A stretch of 63,057 nucleotides of DNA, filler included, from Licmophora abbreviata (taxonomy: Eukaryota), in assembly GCA_900291995.1 (NCBI GenBank). It is 14 parts of 14 records of this genome, joined end to end, with 100 filler letters (N's around TTAATTAATTAA, not from the genome) between each part and the next. Parts side by side here need not be neighbours in the genome. Positions count along the whole stretch, not along the records: positions 12,066 to 14,565 come from OLMU01003614.1; positions 14,666 to 16,428 come from OLMU01003615.1; positions 16,529 to 19,314 come from OLMU01003616.1; positions 19,415 to 21,536 come from OLMU01003617.1; positions 21,637 to 23,403 come from OLMU01003618.1; positions 23,504 to 37,020 come from OLMU01003620.1; 8 more parts are not named here. One strand, written 5' to 3'. The position numbers were made by a program, and so were the translations under genes. Of this stretch, positions 12,311-23,834 are shown piece by piece (positions within the stretch are counted from its first letter, which is position 1; each line of letters starts with the position of its first letter). A model generated the notes under the pieces. The model worked only from the letters and a program-made list of their open reading frames with translations, was not told where the DNA came from and made no database searches.

Positions 12311-14719
12311 ATGAAGAAACAAATAGGATCGACCGTCGCAGTAGCGCTGCTCCAGACTGGTGTGTGCTTTGGCTTCGTCGCGCCACACGAGTGTTTGCCT
12401 CGGATCCCTAGTGATGGCTTGTTGCCAGTACGTCCGTACAGGTCTGGATTGTCGTTCCCGCAGCAATCGAAACTGCTACCCGACTCTCCGAATAGAAGTC
12501 GTAGGCTCCGGAACACAATTTGGAAGCGATGGGTGCAGCCCTGGTGGTGGGACTATGCATCATCACCGAGGTCTGATAGAAAAGACAACGACGACGAGGA
12601 AGGCGCGCTCACGGACGAAAGCCTGGAAGTCACTTCTCCTTACGACTCGCAGGATGATTCCGCCAATGGGACTGCTGCAGTAAAGGAGATCGTAGAGAGT
12701 CCTGATGTAGAAATCTTTGCCGTCACTGACCTCAACGACACACACACCGTCGACCTGACAAACACAACGAGCCCGGCATCAGACCGCAAGGGCGAGTTCT
12801 CGGAGGCACCTGCTATTCACAGCATCGGATTTATTAACAATCGCACACAGGCCACTGAAACACTGAATGATACCCCATCTTTAAGTCTTTCGGCAGCCAC
12901 GCAGAAGCCCCAAAAACCCAGTCGACGACGGCGACAACAAAAACTTACGCTTCCAAGCTTTTGGAGTCGGAGAGGTGCCCAAGGTGACGAAACTACTGTC
13001 CCGACGACAAAGGCATCCACGTCGAAACACAAAGTACGAAAGAAGAAGAAAAAGAAAAGTGCGCTTCGGAAACTCACAGACTATGCTGTACTATTTGTCG
13101 CTGTTCTAGTGGCAGCACCATTTGTTCCGAGTGACCTTCGGGAAGTTCGTTTGCCATTCTCCGCAGAAGATGACTCATCGGCTCGCATGCGACTGCTGCC
13201 GCTATTGGAAGAATCCCGTCTCGCGAGTATTTCGGACAAGGCGAAATTGGAATCATCACTTGCTTCCGAGAAGGAGACCAAGGGGGAGCGACTTCCATTG
13301 CAGGCTCGACGAAACCTGGCCCTGTCGTATGTGACAGACGCCGTTCAAAAGGTGGGGCCATCCGTACTTCGTATCGACACTGAAACGGTCCAGGAGACGG
13401 AGGAGCGAATGGCTGCTTCGCCTCACCCACCGGGATTTGTTCAGCAGGGACAGGGATCGGGTCTCATCTTTTCCTCGGAAGGATTTATACTCACGAACGC
13501 GTACGTTCCGTCTAACTTGATGGCGAAACCTTGCTCTGTCCATTATCTCATCTCGATCTCACACTCGCCCTGATTTCGCATATAGGCATGTCGTCGAAGA
13601 CGCCACCAAGGTGTCCGTTACGCTTACAGACGGTCGAGTCTACCAAGCCCAGGTCATGGGATGCGACGAGATTGTAGATATTGCCGTGTTGAAAATCATA
13701 AATGGAGACGGAGCCTTTCCGATCAACGACTTGCCTGTCGCAGACTTGGGTGACAGTGATGAGCTGAATGTTGGCCAGATTGTCATCGCTGTTGGCTCTC
13801 CTGGTGGACTGGACAATACAGTCACAATGGGGATTGTTTCTGGATTGGAGAGGTCGTCTACAATGGTTGGCATTCCGCACAAGAAAGTAAACTACATTCA
13901 GACCGATGCTGCCATCAACCCCGGAAACTCTGGGGGGCCACTTGTGGATGTGGAGAGCGGTCGCGTCGTCGGTATCAACGCATGCATTCGAGCCAACATG
14001 GAAGGAACGAGCTTTGCGATTCCCATCAACCGCGTCCGGGAGCTACTTCAAGACTTGTCGGAAGGAAAACAGATCCAGCACGGGTATCTGGGTTCCTCCT
14101 TGGTATCGTGCTCGCCCGACTGGGCAAAGCGAATCAATCTGGACAACAAGGACGGCAAGTCCCTCGTACCCGAAGTGAACGGGGCGTTGGTGACTAAGGT
14201 ATTTCCGAGAAGCCCTGCTGAATATGGCGGGCTGCGTGAGAACGATGTCGTGACAAGCATTGGAGGGAAGTGCGTTGTGACATCGGAAGATGTCCGTCGC
14301 ATCATTGACTCGGCCCCTGTGGGACAGGTGAGTTTTACCGAAAGACATCGCGTGCATGCTGAATAGGGCGGAAGGGACAATTTGATTCAGTCTCATCTGT
14401 TTGGTTGTCATGTTTTCATTAGGATCTGCGAATCAGTGTGCTACGAAATAAAAGAACGACCACCCTGACCGTTCGACCTGTGGACTTGGCCACAAGACTC
14501 CGTGAGATGAGACACGAGCGGCAGCGGCAGCTGATGCAAGAACGATTGCGCTTCCAGGAACTTACNNNNNNNNNNNNNNNNNNNNNNNNNNNNNNNNNNN
14601 NNNNNNNNNTTAATTAATTAANNNNNNNNNNNNNNNNNNNNNNNNNNNNNNNNNNNNNNNNNNNNCAAGAACGATTGCGCTTCCAGGAACTAACTCCTTT
14701 TCGCACAATGCATCAATGA
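12311..14719 (+). CDS. HtrA/Deg serine protease (trypsin-like + PDZ), probably plastid-targeted
   Basis: Exons 12311-13500, 13586-14327, 14423-14719 (the last crosses an overlapping linker). Catalytic triad in TNAHVV (formed by splicing), DIAVL and GNSGGPL. PDZ segment VFPRSPAEYGGLRENDVV. Signal peptide ending CFG-FVAP. Confidence 0.92.
14566..14665. other. Artificial scaffold linker (overlapping flanks with a SNP)
   Basis: caagaacgattgcgcttccaggaact on both sides, followed by tac versus aac. Confidence 0.99.
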
Positions 14720-14996
14720 TGTCGATATATATGTTTCACGTTTATTGCACGAACCAGCTTGAAACGTAGACATATTGGAACACGTCGCCTAAACGTAAAC
14801 ACATCTTCTCTACTTTGACATACTTCGTAGTATCGCGCCATTTCGACAATAGCTCTCGTCGCGCGCTGATGCGCATAGCCGACTTCGGAATTCGCAGTCG
14901 CATTGCATCACGTCAACGTTGTTGGACGACCTACTTGTATTTCGCAAGGCAATCCTTCCATCCAGGCCATCTCTGTCACGTTCCGACCCTCTCATC

Positions 14997-15827
14997 ATGT
15001 CATCGGAAGCGAACGAAAAAGGCGCGGTAGAAAGCGTGAATGAAACGCGGAATGATCGTTCAGAAAGACCCGGTCCAAAGCCGTCAACCGGCTCGGATAG
15101 CGGTAGTGCATCATCATCCGTGTCCCCCGCGAATGATGATAAGGCCGCGGGTTCCAGCCGCAAGCGTCCTGCTCTGAAGGAAGCACAGTCATCTGCACCA
15201 AAACGACAGGCCCAGCGAGATGGTCTGACGGACACGGCGGTGCTGTGTGGGTACGCGGCAGGCGACCGCTTCGATGTAGAGTGGGAGCTTGATTTTGAAG
15301 ACGACTCGGAGGAGTCCCCCCAGGACGACCCTACGCCGCCACAGACTGTCTGGTGGGGAGCCACTCTCCTTGAGTTCGACGGCACGGTAATGGACGACGT
15401 TGTTGTTCGTATCTTGGAGTACGATCCTCGCCCGGACCTTGGATTTCCGGAAGCGGCTCGAGAGTACGTCGTCTTCACCAACATTGGAACATTATTTCAT
15501 GTTCAAGCGGACAGTGCTGTTGAGATGCGTTATAGGAAAGAAGGCGCTCATGATACAGAGATTTCCATGAGCAGTCAAGCCATCAACGATGTTTTGGATT
15601 CTACGATCATCAACGCTCAGAAGAAGGTTGGGTGGAGCAGCCTCAATGCGGCCCAGCAAGCGGAACTGGCATCAAAAATCGCCACCAGCAAGGAACTTTT
15701 GTCGGAGAAGATGCTCGAGCTTACCAAGGAGAACCGAGGTCAGTTGATAACAGCCGAACACGTTCAGTCGGTCTTGGCTGATGCAGCTCGTGAATTGCAA
15801 GAGCGTCAGGACCGCGATGAGCACTAG
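14997..15827 (+). CDS. Hypothetical protein
   Basis: Intronless ORF from ATG 14997. Disordered N-terminus with a basic RKRP motif, globular core (GDRFDVEW...VWWGATLL...ILEYDPRPDLGF) and helical C-terminus. Confidence 0.7.
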   Translation: MSSEANEKGAVESVNETRNDRSERPGPKPSTGSDSGSASSSVSPANDDKAAGSSRKRPALKEAQSSAPKRQAQRDGLTDTAVLCGYAAGDRFDVEWELDFEDDSEESPQDDPTPPQTVWWGATLLEFDGTVMDDVVVRILEYDPRPDLGFPEAAREYVVFTNIGTLFHVQADSAVEMRYRKEGAHDTEISMSSQAINDVLDSTIINAQKKVGWSSLNAAQQAELASKIATSKELLSEKMLELTKENRGQLITAEHVQSVLADAARELQERQDRDEH

Positions 15828-16240
15828 CTAGTGGTCAGGTATGTCGTGTCACGTGTACTCGACGTAACTATATTTGAAATGACACTGAAGAGCCTCGTCC
15901 GACTTGTTTGATGTTGAGCATAGTCGATCTCGCCATGCGATGCGACTTGCAGCACGAAGGATAGTCTATCACGAACCGAATGGGTGAGTTGCCGCCACGT
16001 CGAAGCGCTTGAGGTGCGGCTCGAATCGAACTCCCCCATCCAGAACCCTCACCGGTACCACGTCAGGACCAGTCAAGGTGCGGCAACCGCGTTGAGGTTT
16101 ATGAAATGGACACGCTGCGTGTATGTTTTGTCACACGGTCGAGACCCGTCTCGATTGATGAAGACCGAGCGGGATATACATTCATTCTGAACGACGGCTC
16201 ACAATTTCTCAAAGACAAACCAAGTCCGTCACTGACCACC

Positions 16241-18337
16241 ATGTACAACTTCACGAAACGCTTCACTTGGGTTTTCGCTCTTGCTGACCCCGGAGGCCTC
16301 TTGGGGGCCGCGACTCTGGCGCCGACGATGAGTCTCGTTCCAAGTTCCAGTCCATCGTCGAGCGTGGATCCGACTCGTGTGCCCAGCTTGCGGCCTAGCA
16401 GTGAGCCTAGTTCTTGGCCCACGCGCAGNNNNNNNNNNNNNNNNNNNNNNNNNNNNNNNNNNNNNNNNNNNNTTAATTAATTAANNNNNNNNNNNNNNNN
16501 NNNNNNNNNNNNNNNNNNNNNNNNNNNNTTTAAGCGTCGCACCTTCCTACGTTCCTTCCGCAAGTCTAATGCCTAGCGCCGATCCCTCTGGTTTCCCAAC
16601 GGCGAGCACCGTTCCAAGCACTGAGCCGAGTTTCAGTCTGCTTCCAAGCGCCACTCCCACTGACATGCCGTCAGTGAGCAAATTTCCCAGCAACAATCCA
16701 AGCTTCAGCTCCGCGCCCTCCAGCGTTCCGAGCTCTAGTCTGGTTCCGAGCAGCAGTCCAAGTAGCACGCCTTCTTTCAGTTCTTTGCCTAGTGGTACGC
16801 CGACCGAAACCCCAATGCCCAGTTTTAGCAGTGCTCCTTCGACCTTGCCGTCTCTTTCACCGACAAAGGCACCAGAGGATCGATTCAACTACCGCACGAC
16901 GGTTGGAAACGACTTCGGCCCGGCGGATTGGGGGAACGTGCAATGCGACGAGCATTCAACTTGCGTAAGTTTTTGTGTGTGCTTTTCATGATCGGCAATT
17001 GGAAGCGTAGACTCATACATCAGTGTATTCCGCTCACAGCCCGGATGGCCAGACGACTGGGAGACTTTCAATCCGTATATTCCTTACGAAGGCACTGAGA
17101 ATTTCTGCATGGATTGCTCATCCAGCGCCCGCGGATCATGCAAACAGCACAAACAGTCTCCGCTTCATCTCCTGCGAAATGCAACTGCAGGCCGAGAGTG
17201 CAAAGACCGACACTGGATGCACCATTCGAGAGGGACGTGTGGATTCGGTCAGATGCGATTCACTCTTGAGAGCCACACGCTTCGCGCCTATCAGCCGCTC
17301 GATGAATACGGCCAGAGTACCTGCCAAGAACCAGCCAGTATCGATTACAGTATGGGATTTCCGGATAGATGGCATCTTGTTTACACCGATATCAAAGTCC
17401 CCAGCGAGCACATGCAAGATGGAAAGCGATACGATGCGGAAGTTCAGCTTGCTTCCATCTACAGCAAAAACCGATCGCACCGACTTGTAAGTTTCTTGGG
17501 CCCAATTGCTTGACGATGCATTCGCTCGCAGGTTCTCACAGATCCATCCTTGTTCATCCTTCTAGATCGGCAAGGTAGCCGTGTTTCTTGAGGCGGAGGA
17601 AGGTGCTAAGGAGTACGGCCAGCTCTCAATGTACATCAATCGTTGGCGCAAGACAGAGAAAGAGGTTGTCGACAACTGCTCTCGGCGACGACTGGGCGCG
17701 TTTGCCGATCCTGCAACGCGGGAAGAGTATGCCGACTTTGACCTAGAAGACGAGGACGTATTTTTCGAAGGAATAGGTGGCAATGAAACAACCGCATTTG
17801 GAATGGGCGATTCTGTTGGTGGCGCTCGTTCTTCCCAGCGTCGGTTGAACAAACGTTTTAACGCCTACGATTGGCTCAAGAAAGTAGAAACGGAGGTGAG
17901 TACAAGTGTCCATGTTGTGTGACACGGCATGCTAGTCGCGTATCGCTCATTTTCGCTAACCACCAAAGCTTCTCATCCCTTGGCAGTACTACTTTCGATA
18001 CGAGGGCTCTCAAGGTGTGCCACCATGCTTGGAGGTTGTCCATTGGCGAGTCATGAAGGAGCCAATCAAGGTCCCACAGGGACAGATTGATTGGATCGAC
18101 AAACTAACTGCGAGACGAATTGATCCTGATACCTGCGAGAAGGAAACGGCTGGGAAACCACGCGCCGATGGGAGCGGAATGGTGGATGTCAACCGACCTG
18201 TCCAGCTGACAACGCGCAGTCATAAAGTCGTGTTCTGCGAATGTATCGATTGGCCGTCAAAGAAGCCGCAGGATCAGAAGTGGTGCAACCTGACGATGGA
18301 GGAACGAGGTGTTCAACCATATTGGAAGAACGTGTAA
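16241..18337 (+). CDS. Alpha-carbonic anhydrase-like protein with Pro/Ser/Thr stalk, lacking Zn ligands
   Basis: Introns 16965-17039, 17487-17565, 17896-17986; the linker falls inside the repeat. Alpha-CA landmarks GPADW, QSP, PSEH...GKRYDAEVQL, YFRYEGS..VPPC.EVVHW, NRPVQ. Start codon uncertain. Confidence 0.85.
16320..16872 (+). repeat. Degenerate PSxxPSxxPSFSxx coding repeats (mucin-like stalk)
   Basis: For example PSSVPSSSLVPSSSPSSTPSFSSLPSGTPT; interrupted by an assembly gap. Confidence 0.85.
16429..16528. other. Artificial scaffold linker
   Basis: N44-TTAATTAATTAA-N44. Confidence 0.99.
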
Positions 18338-18615
18338 TCTTTATTTCGTGGTGCATTCTAAAACGATAAGATTCAGATGATTCAATAGGTTTTTCCTTCC
18401 ATTACACGACTTCACTAGCGAGGTCTGAATCTTCATAATCGAGCCAGTGTATCCAAAGCGGAAACAGAGGTCGAAGAGAAGTGTTGCAGTGTTCCTGAGA
18501 CGCCATGCCTTCGCACGATTCGCAAGCGTCCCTTGCGTACCGTGGCCGGCCGTGATCATAGGAGGACTGAATTCATCGATCAGTGCCCATCGGTTGTACA
18601 ATTGGGCTTCATCAA

Positions 18616-19314
18616 TTATCGTACAAACTGTTGGACAAACTCCTCTCCAAGACCGACGCTTGCGTAGTGCTTCTTGGCTAGCTCCAACTTGGTAAATACA
18701 TCATCGGCCCCGACTACGTTCCCATCGACATCACAATACAGCAAGGACCCCGTCACATGGAAAAGTGTAATCATTTCATCCACTCCGTCCGGAACCACTA
18801 GCGTGTGAATCTCCCCAGGAGGTTCGAACACGTAGCTCCCCTCCTCTGCCACCCAATCATGCTCGAGATAGCGCCAGCGTCCCTTCAGAACGTGTCCATG
18901 AACCGGTCCAGGATGTCGATGCCGGGACAAGACTCCAGACCCTCGCACCCGCAACAAGTTTACATAATATCCTCCCGAGACACATAAACACAGTGGCCGA
19001 AAGGATACGCAGTCCGTCTGTGGAACCCACAGCAGCTCTTCGTCAATATCAGCGGTTGATGGGAGCACATGCGACACAAAAATATCGGACAGTGCATCAG
19101 ACGGCTGTTTCCCGCGATAGGGCTGGAGCCGCTCATCTTCTTTTGCTGTGTCACTGTCTTGCAAGACATCGGCATCGGTGCTATCTGCAGTACTTGGAGT
19201 ACGTGCTACAAACCCCGTTGACCGCATCACGCGAGAGTGCGTGCGAGTTGTCAGCGGCGAGGAGCCCAAGATTAGGCCAACATTCTCACTCGGCGCCACC
19301 GACAGAAGACACAG
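18616..19314 (-). CDS. 2,4'-dihydroxyacetophenone dioxygenase-family cupin (5'-truncated by gap)
   Basis: No intron in the visible part. WVPQ...FRPL...YVNLLRVRGSGVLSRHRHPGPVHGHVLKGRWRYLEHDWVAEEGSYVFEPPGEIHTL has the HxH...H metal ligands typical of bacterial DAD/ChrR-like cupins. Confidence 0.87.
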   Translation of the reverse strand: MCLLSVAPSENVGLILGSSPLTTRTHSRVMRSTGFVARTPSTADSTDADVLQDSDTAKEDERLQPYRGKQPSDALSDIFVSHVLPSTADIDEELLWVPQTDCVSFRPLCLCVSGGYYVNLLRVRGSGVLSRHRHPGPVHGHVLKGRWRYLEHDWVAEEGSYVFEPPGEIHTLVVPDGVDEMITLFHVTGSLLYCDVDGNVVGADDVFTKLELAKKHYASVGLGEEFVQQFVR

Positions 19315-19414
19315 NNNNNNNNNNNNNNNNNNNNNNNNNNNNNNNNNNNNNNNNNNNNTTAATTAATTAANNNNNNNNNNNNNNNNNNNNNNNNNNNNNN
19401 NNNNNNNNNNNNNN
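19315..19414. other. Artificial scaffold linker
   Basis: N44-TTAATTAATTAA-N44. Confidence 0.99.
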
Positions 19415-20001
19415 AAATACTCTTCGTGCGCTTGTCATTCTCTTGAGCACGTGGAGAAAGGTTGGTAATGGATGAATGGATGTACAAGTCATCGCGGCGC
19501 GGTGTCACACTTCGCCGGATCGCGGATCGAGACTGGCGACGCTGGACAGACGGTGGAGCTCTGCACCGAACGGATCACATTGTAATCTCTTGTTAGCTTC
19601 ACACATCCCAACCTCTACGTTCGCATCTGCAAGTAGAACGTCCGTTCCCGTCAAGACACATGGTATGCTCTCGCTGCCTGCACTATCTATCGCTTGGGTA
19701 TCCTGACTCCCTTTGTCTGGTATGAACATGCTATTGATGTTGGTGCAGAAGTTATGATATCACGTGTCGGTCGACGACCGTTCAGCGTCCAGCCCTTTCT
19801 ACCCTCTCTAGATACGATGATTCTAGCCTGTGTGATAACCAGCGTCTTCGATCGAGCTAAACGAATATGGCTTGCGTCCTGATCCTTAATCTTTGAACGG
19901 CTAGTACAAGAAAATCAAAGAGCTGCTACTGAATCCCGAGAACACGGGTTGCTATCGAGCGTTTATGGTCTACAGAGAAATTGCCTGTAAAAACTGCCGA
20001 T

Positions 20002-20855
20002 TTACAACTCATCAGTGCCAGCCTTGGCCTTGGCCATGCTCGCCTTAACTGACTTCATAAGCCCAAGCCCGGACTCCTTCACAGCAGCGATCGTCTCGTC
20101 CTTCTCGTTGGAAAGCTTCTGGTAGGTATCCTGGAGCTTCTGGACCTCGTCCTTGAATGTAGTCTCGGCTTCCTCAAGCTTGGTCTCCTCAACCTCAATG
20201 AGCGCGGAAAGCTTTTCTTCGGGGAGGGCCATGTATTCTTCGATCTGCTTCTTCTTGTCAGCTTCGCAAAGATCGAGGTTGGAGGGGGAGCAGACAGGCT
20301 TGAGGTTTTCCGTGGCAAACTTGGCAAGGTCGCTGTAGGAGCGGCCTCCCTGGTAGTCCTCGAGAGAGCTGGGGTCACCGTATTTCAGAGTGGGGAATCC
20401 ACGGACACCGTTGGCATCGCAGAGCGGCTTGCCCTCCGTAGTGCAGTCGACTTCGGCGATAAGCCCGACCTTGTTGTCGACCCACTCGTCAGATAGCTTT
20501 TCCCAGTCCGGAGCCATCTTCTTACAATGGCCGCACCTAGCGAGTAGAAAAGAAAACACGCATGACGTTGTAAGATGCCGAGCCAGCCAACGATGTACCA
20601 GAGGACGAGAGTGAATCGACAACAAGACCGACGCGATAGCGGGGCAGATGCCAGATAACGGATCTACGTAGAAATATACGGAGTCGACCTACAAAAAACG
20701 AACCCAATGGAAGATTCTTACCATGGAGCGAAAAACTTGATGAAGACGGTCTTTCCATCGGTCAAATCGTCGTAGTTATCAGGGGTGAGACTGGGGACAT
20801 CTCCAGCGGAGACTGTGGCCGCAAGGGCGAGAGCAACGGCAGCAGTGAACTTCAT
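20002..20855 (-). CDS. ER protein disulfide isomerase-like protein (single thioredoxin domain + coiled coil)
   Basis: Exons 20855-20722 and 20536-20002 (intron 20537-20721). Signal peptide MKFTAAVALALAATVSA, spliced FFAPWCGHCK, GFPTLKY, C-terminal TDEL retention signal. Confidence 0.92.
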
Positions 20856-21412
20856 GGTGATGGTCGTGGTCTTGGGACAAAATGTGGTCATTGCTGGGTC
20901 AGCGGCTGGGTCATGCTTGGTGTTAGTAATGATTCTACGTCATGCTACATACGGCATTGTCAGTAGCTGGCGCACGTCCTCCATAACTTTCCAGGTGGAA
21001 AGTTCAGCCGGCCGACGCACAGGGTGCTGCAATGGTGCCCAATCGATTCTATTCTCAATGCGGCATGTCGTGTTGTGCTATCTTTTGATTTTAGACGTCA
21101 GGACCAGTGTACAACAAGCCCGCTTGAGGAAAATCAATGACATGTGTAGGCGTATACTGGTCCTCATCGTAGCAAAGCTAAGCCGCAACAGCAGTACTAG
21201 CTAGCTAAGAAGAGAGCAGGATTGCTAGTTCTTCTTGTTGCTTGCTTCCGGCCGGCTCTAAAGCTAACGAACACGCGCCAGTTTCGTAGCTATACATATC
21301 ATACGCTCTAACGTTATGGTGGCATAAAAACTAGTAGTTGTCATGAGTGGGCACTAGAAGAGCGACACTTGAAACAATGTCGTCCCATCGACTGACATCC
21401 GTTGCAAAATAA

Positions 21413-21494
21413 TACTGTTGGAGAGACTCGAACTCTCAACCTCGACATCCCTCAATAATAGGAGTGTCACGCGCTGCCATTGCGCCACAACAGC
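21413..21494 (-). tRNA. tRNA-Arg(CCU) with 10-nt intron
   Basis: Minus strand folds as a cloverleaf: GCTGTTG/CAACAGT acceptor, GCGC-AATGGCA-GCGC D-arm, TGACA/TGTCG anticodon stem, GAGAG-TTCGAGT-CTCTC T-arm. Anticodon CCT at 21462-21460. Intron TTATTGAGGG (21458-21449) is at the canonical 37/38 position. TTATTTT Pol III terminator follows. Confidence 0.9.
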
Positions 21495-21536
21495 ATTGGG
21501 CATAGTAAACCCGGATGAGGGGGCAGATACTGCTTA

Positions 21537-21636
21537 NNNNNNNNNNNNNNNNNNNNNNNNNNNNNNNNNNNNNNNNNNNNTTAATTAATTAANNNNNNNN
21601 NNNNNNNNNNNNNNNNNNNNNNNNNNNNNNNNNNNN
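21537..21636. other. Artificial scaffold linker
   Basis: N44-TTAATTAATTAA-N44. Confidence 0.99.
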
Positions 21637-21885
21637 CCGATATGTGTATGGATCTGTCAAAACCAGTCATTTCTATCGATTTTCGACGAACCTCTTCGAA
21701 TCCATCGGATGGCTCACGGTGCGCCACGTATGAAATGTACCGCTATGAATAGGTGGCGTTGACCTTCAAAAAAAGAAAATTCATTTCCGTAGAACTCTAC
21801 AGAGATTCGATACCATCGAGCCAGCCTTCGAGAAAAGTCGGTTCGTATTTTTGCACACTCGTGACCATTGAGTTCACCCGCAACC

Positions 21886-23403
21886 ATGTCGGTAGCCGTC
21901 CTTTCGCCCCTGGGCGGACCCCTGTGTTCCGGAGCTTTCGACAGTCATGAAGATGAAACGATGATGGAGCCTCCTCTTCTTTTGTTTGACCAGTCTGTGA
22001 TTTTGAAGGACGTTGAGGACGGTCTGGACGATTCCATTCCTGACCTTGCCGCCGAAGAGAACCATGCCGATATCGACATGGAAGATGAATCTGACGTGTC
22101 TGAAGCTGCCAGTCAATCATTCGGAGGACTGAACAATCTCGGCAATACTTGCTATCAGGGCTCCGCACTCCAGATGCTGGCCAGTTTGGATCATTTTGTC
22201 CCCTCCCTCGCAGCAGCCAGCCCTCCTCGGTCCGTTGAGAACGGCGGCAATGACGAGTCTCGTGATGACTTGCGAATGGCCTTTCTCGACTTGATGCAGT
22301 CTCTACGAGAGGAACGAAGTACAAGCGTTAGTCCAAACGCCTTCAAGAAAGCCATGGATGAGCGATCCTCTCTTTTTGTGGGATATCGACAGCAAGATTC
22401 GCATGAATTTTTGACGACACTGCTAGACTTACTCGACAAAGACTATGATGACCCAAAGGAATCGGGGGATGAGATAATGGATGGGACTGACGATGTCGAA
22501 GCTTCTGAAAGCGACTTGCCAGAAAAAACGGAGGTACTTGAAAGAACCGTCGAGGAGACTTCCCCGATCGAGGAGGAGATGGAGCACACTTCGGTCCCAC
22601 CACCCGCGTCACCCCTGCGTCGCTTGCGCTCGTTCACGCAACTAGGCAATGATGACATCTCGCAGCTTCTACATGGCAACAAAAAGCCAAAGCAGGACGG
22701 CACGTCTACTACCGACTCGCCAAAGCAGCCGCTCTGTAAACTCGTCGGCGGCCGAGCGATCGTCCCCTCTTCTTCTCTGTCGCCTTTCTCTCTTTCGGAT
22801 GCTGTAACAGCAGAGGCCGTTGCCAAGATTCCGCCGGAAACTACAAGTGACGACGAGGTGGCAGAATTGGAGGACGAACGGGAACCTTCTCCGGTGGACG
22901 AGTATTTTGCGACACATGTACGTGCTCGACTTACGTGCGACTCGTGCCTATACACCCGCAGTCATATGGAGAAGTTCCTCCATCTGTCGCTTGACATTGG
23001 CACCGAGAGTGGAAGCGTCGAGGACGGTCTGCGAAAATTCTTTTCTCCGGAAATTAGACAGATCAAGTGCGAAAAGTGCTTCTGCGAAACGGCGACGCAG
23101 ACTATGGAGATTGTCAAGCTGCCACGTGCCATGCTTCTTCACTTCAAACGATTCATCGTCGAAGTGAGTCCAGACTTCACGAGCATCGTCTACCGCAAGA
23201 ACCAGTCGCCAGTTCATTTTGGAAATAGCCTTCCCGTAAGCGATCGGGGCGTACTGGGCGAGTTTCTTGCAGCGGATGTTGACATTCCGAGACGTGTAGA
23301 CGTGGAGCGAGTCGGCCAGGACGATCCCATGGAAGACGATGACGTACGTGAATATCGGATTCGCAGCGTCGTCAACCACATTGGTTCATCTGCAAGCTGT
23401 GGA
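21886..23403 (+). CDS. Ubiquitin-specific protease (peptidase C19), 3'-truncated by gap
   Basis: Cys box GLNNLGNTCYQGSALQ, QQDSHEFL, Zn ribbon CDSC...CEKC, LLHFKRF, start of His box VVNHIGSSASCG. Confidence 0.92.
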
Positions 23404-23503
23404 NNNNNNNNNNNNNNNNNNNNNNNNNNNNNNNNNNNNNNNNNNNNTTAATTAATTAANNNNNNNNNNNNNNNNNNNNNNNNNNNNNNNNNNNNNNNNN
23501 NNN
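23404..23503. other. Artificial scaffold linker
   Basis: N44-TTAATTAATTAA-N44. Confidence 0.99.
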
Positions 23504-23834
23504 CGCTAGTAGAGAGTGACGATGACAGAGGGACGCACGATCAAGAGTCATGTCAAAGTCGACCACGTCATATACGGGGAACACACGTAGAGATCACGTA
23601 GACGACACTCCGATTTAAATGGGAAGCGACTCACTCGACTCATCTAGAGCAACTCAGAGAAGTTCAAACAGAAGATCGCGCCATTTTAGCGGACAAAACC
23701 GGGAAGGGCCATCTGCAAGGGGGAGCAACGTTGCTACACTCACGTCTACATCAATTTTATTTCTTTACATCTCTCGACCAATAGATGGAGAGCCACGGCT
23801 CAACAAGGCGTCCTACGAAGACCGCGAGATCTTC

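Noticed and set aside
20002..20855. Possible selenoprotein (PDI-like gene; also thioredoxin 38309-38840)
   Set aside because: Active sites are CGHC and CPPC with ordinary Cys codons; no in-frame TGA.
21690..21710. TTCGAATCC resembling a tRNA T-loop
   Set aside because: No matching T-stem, D-arm or acceptor stem.
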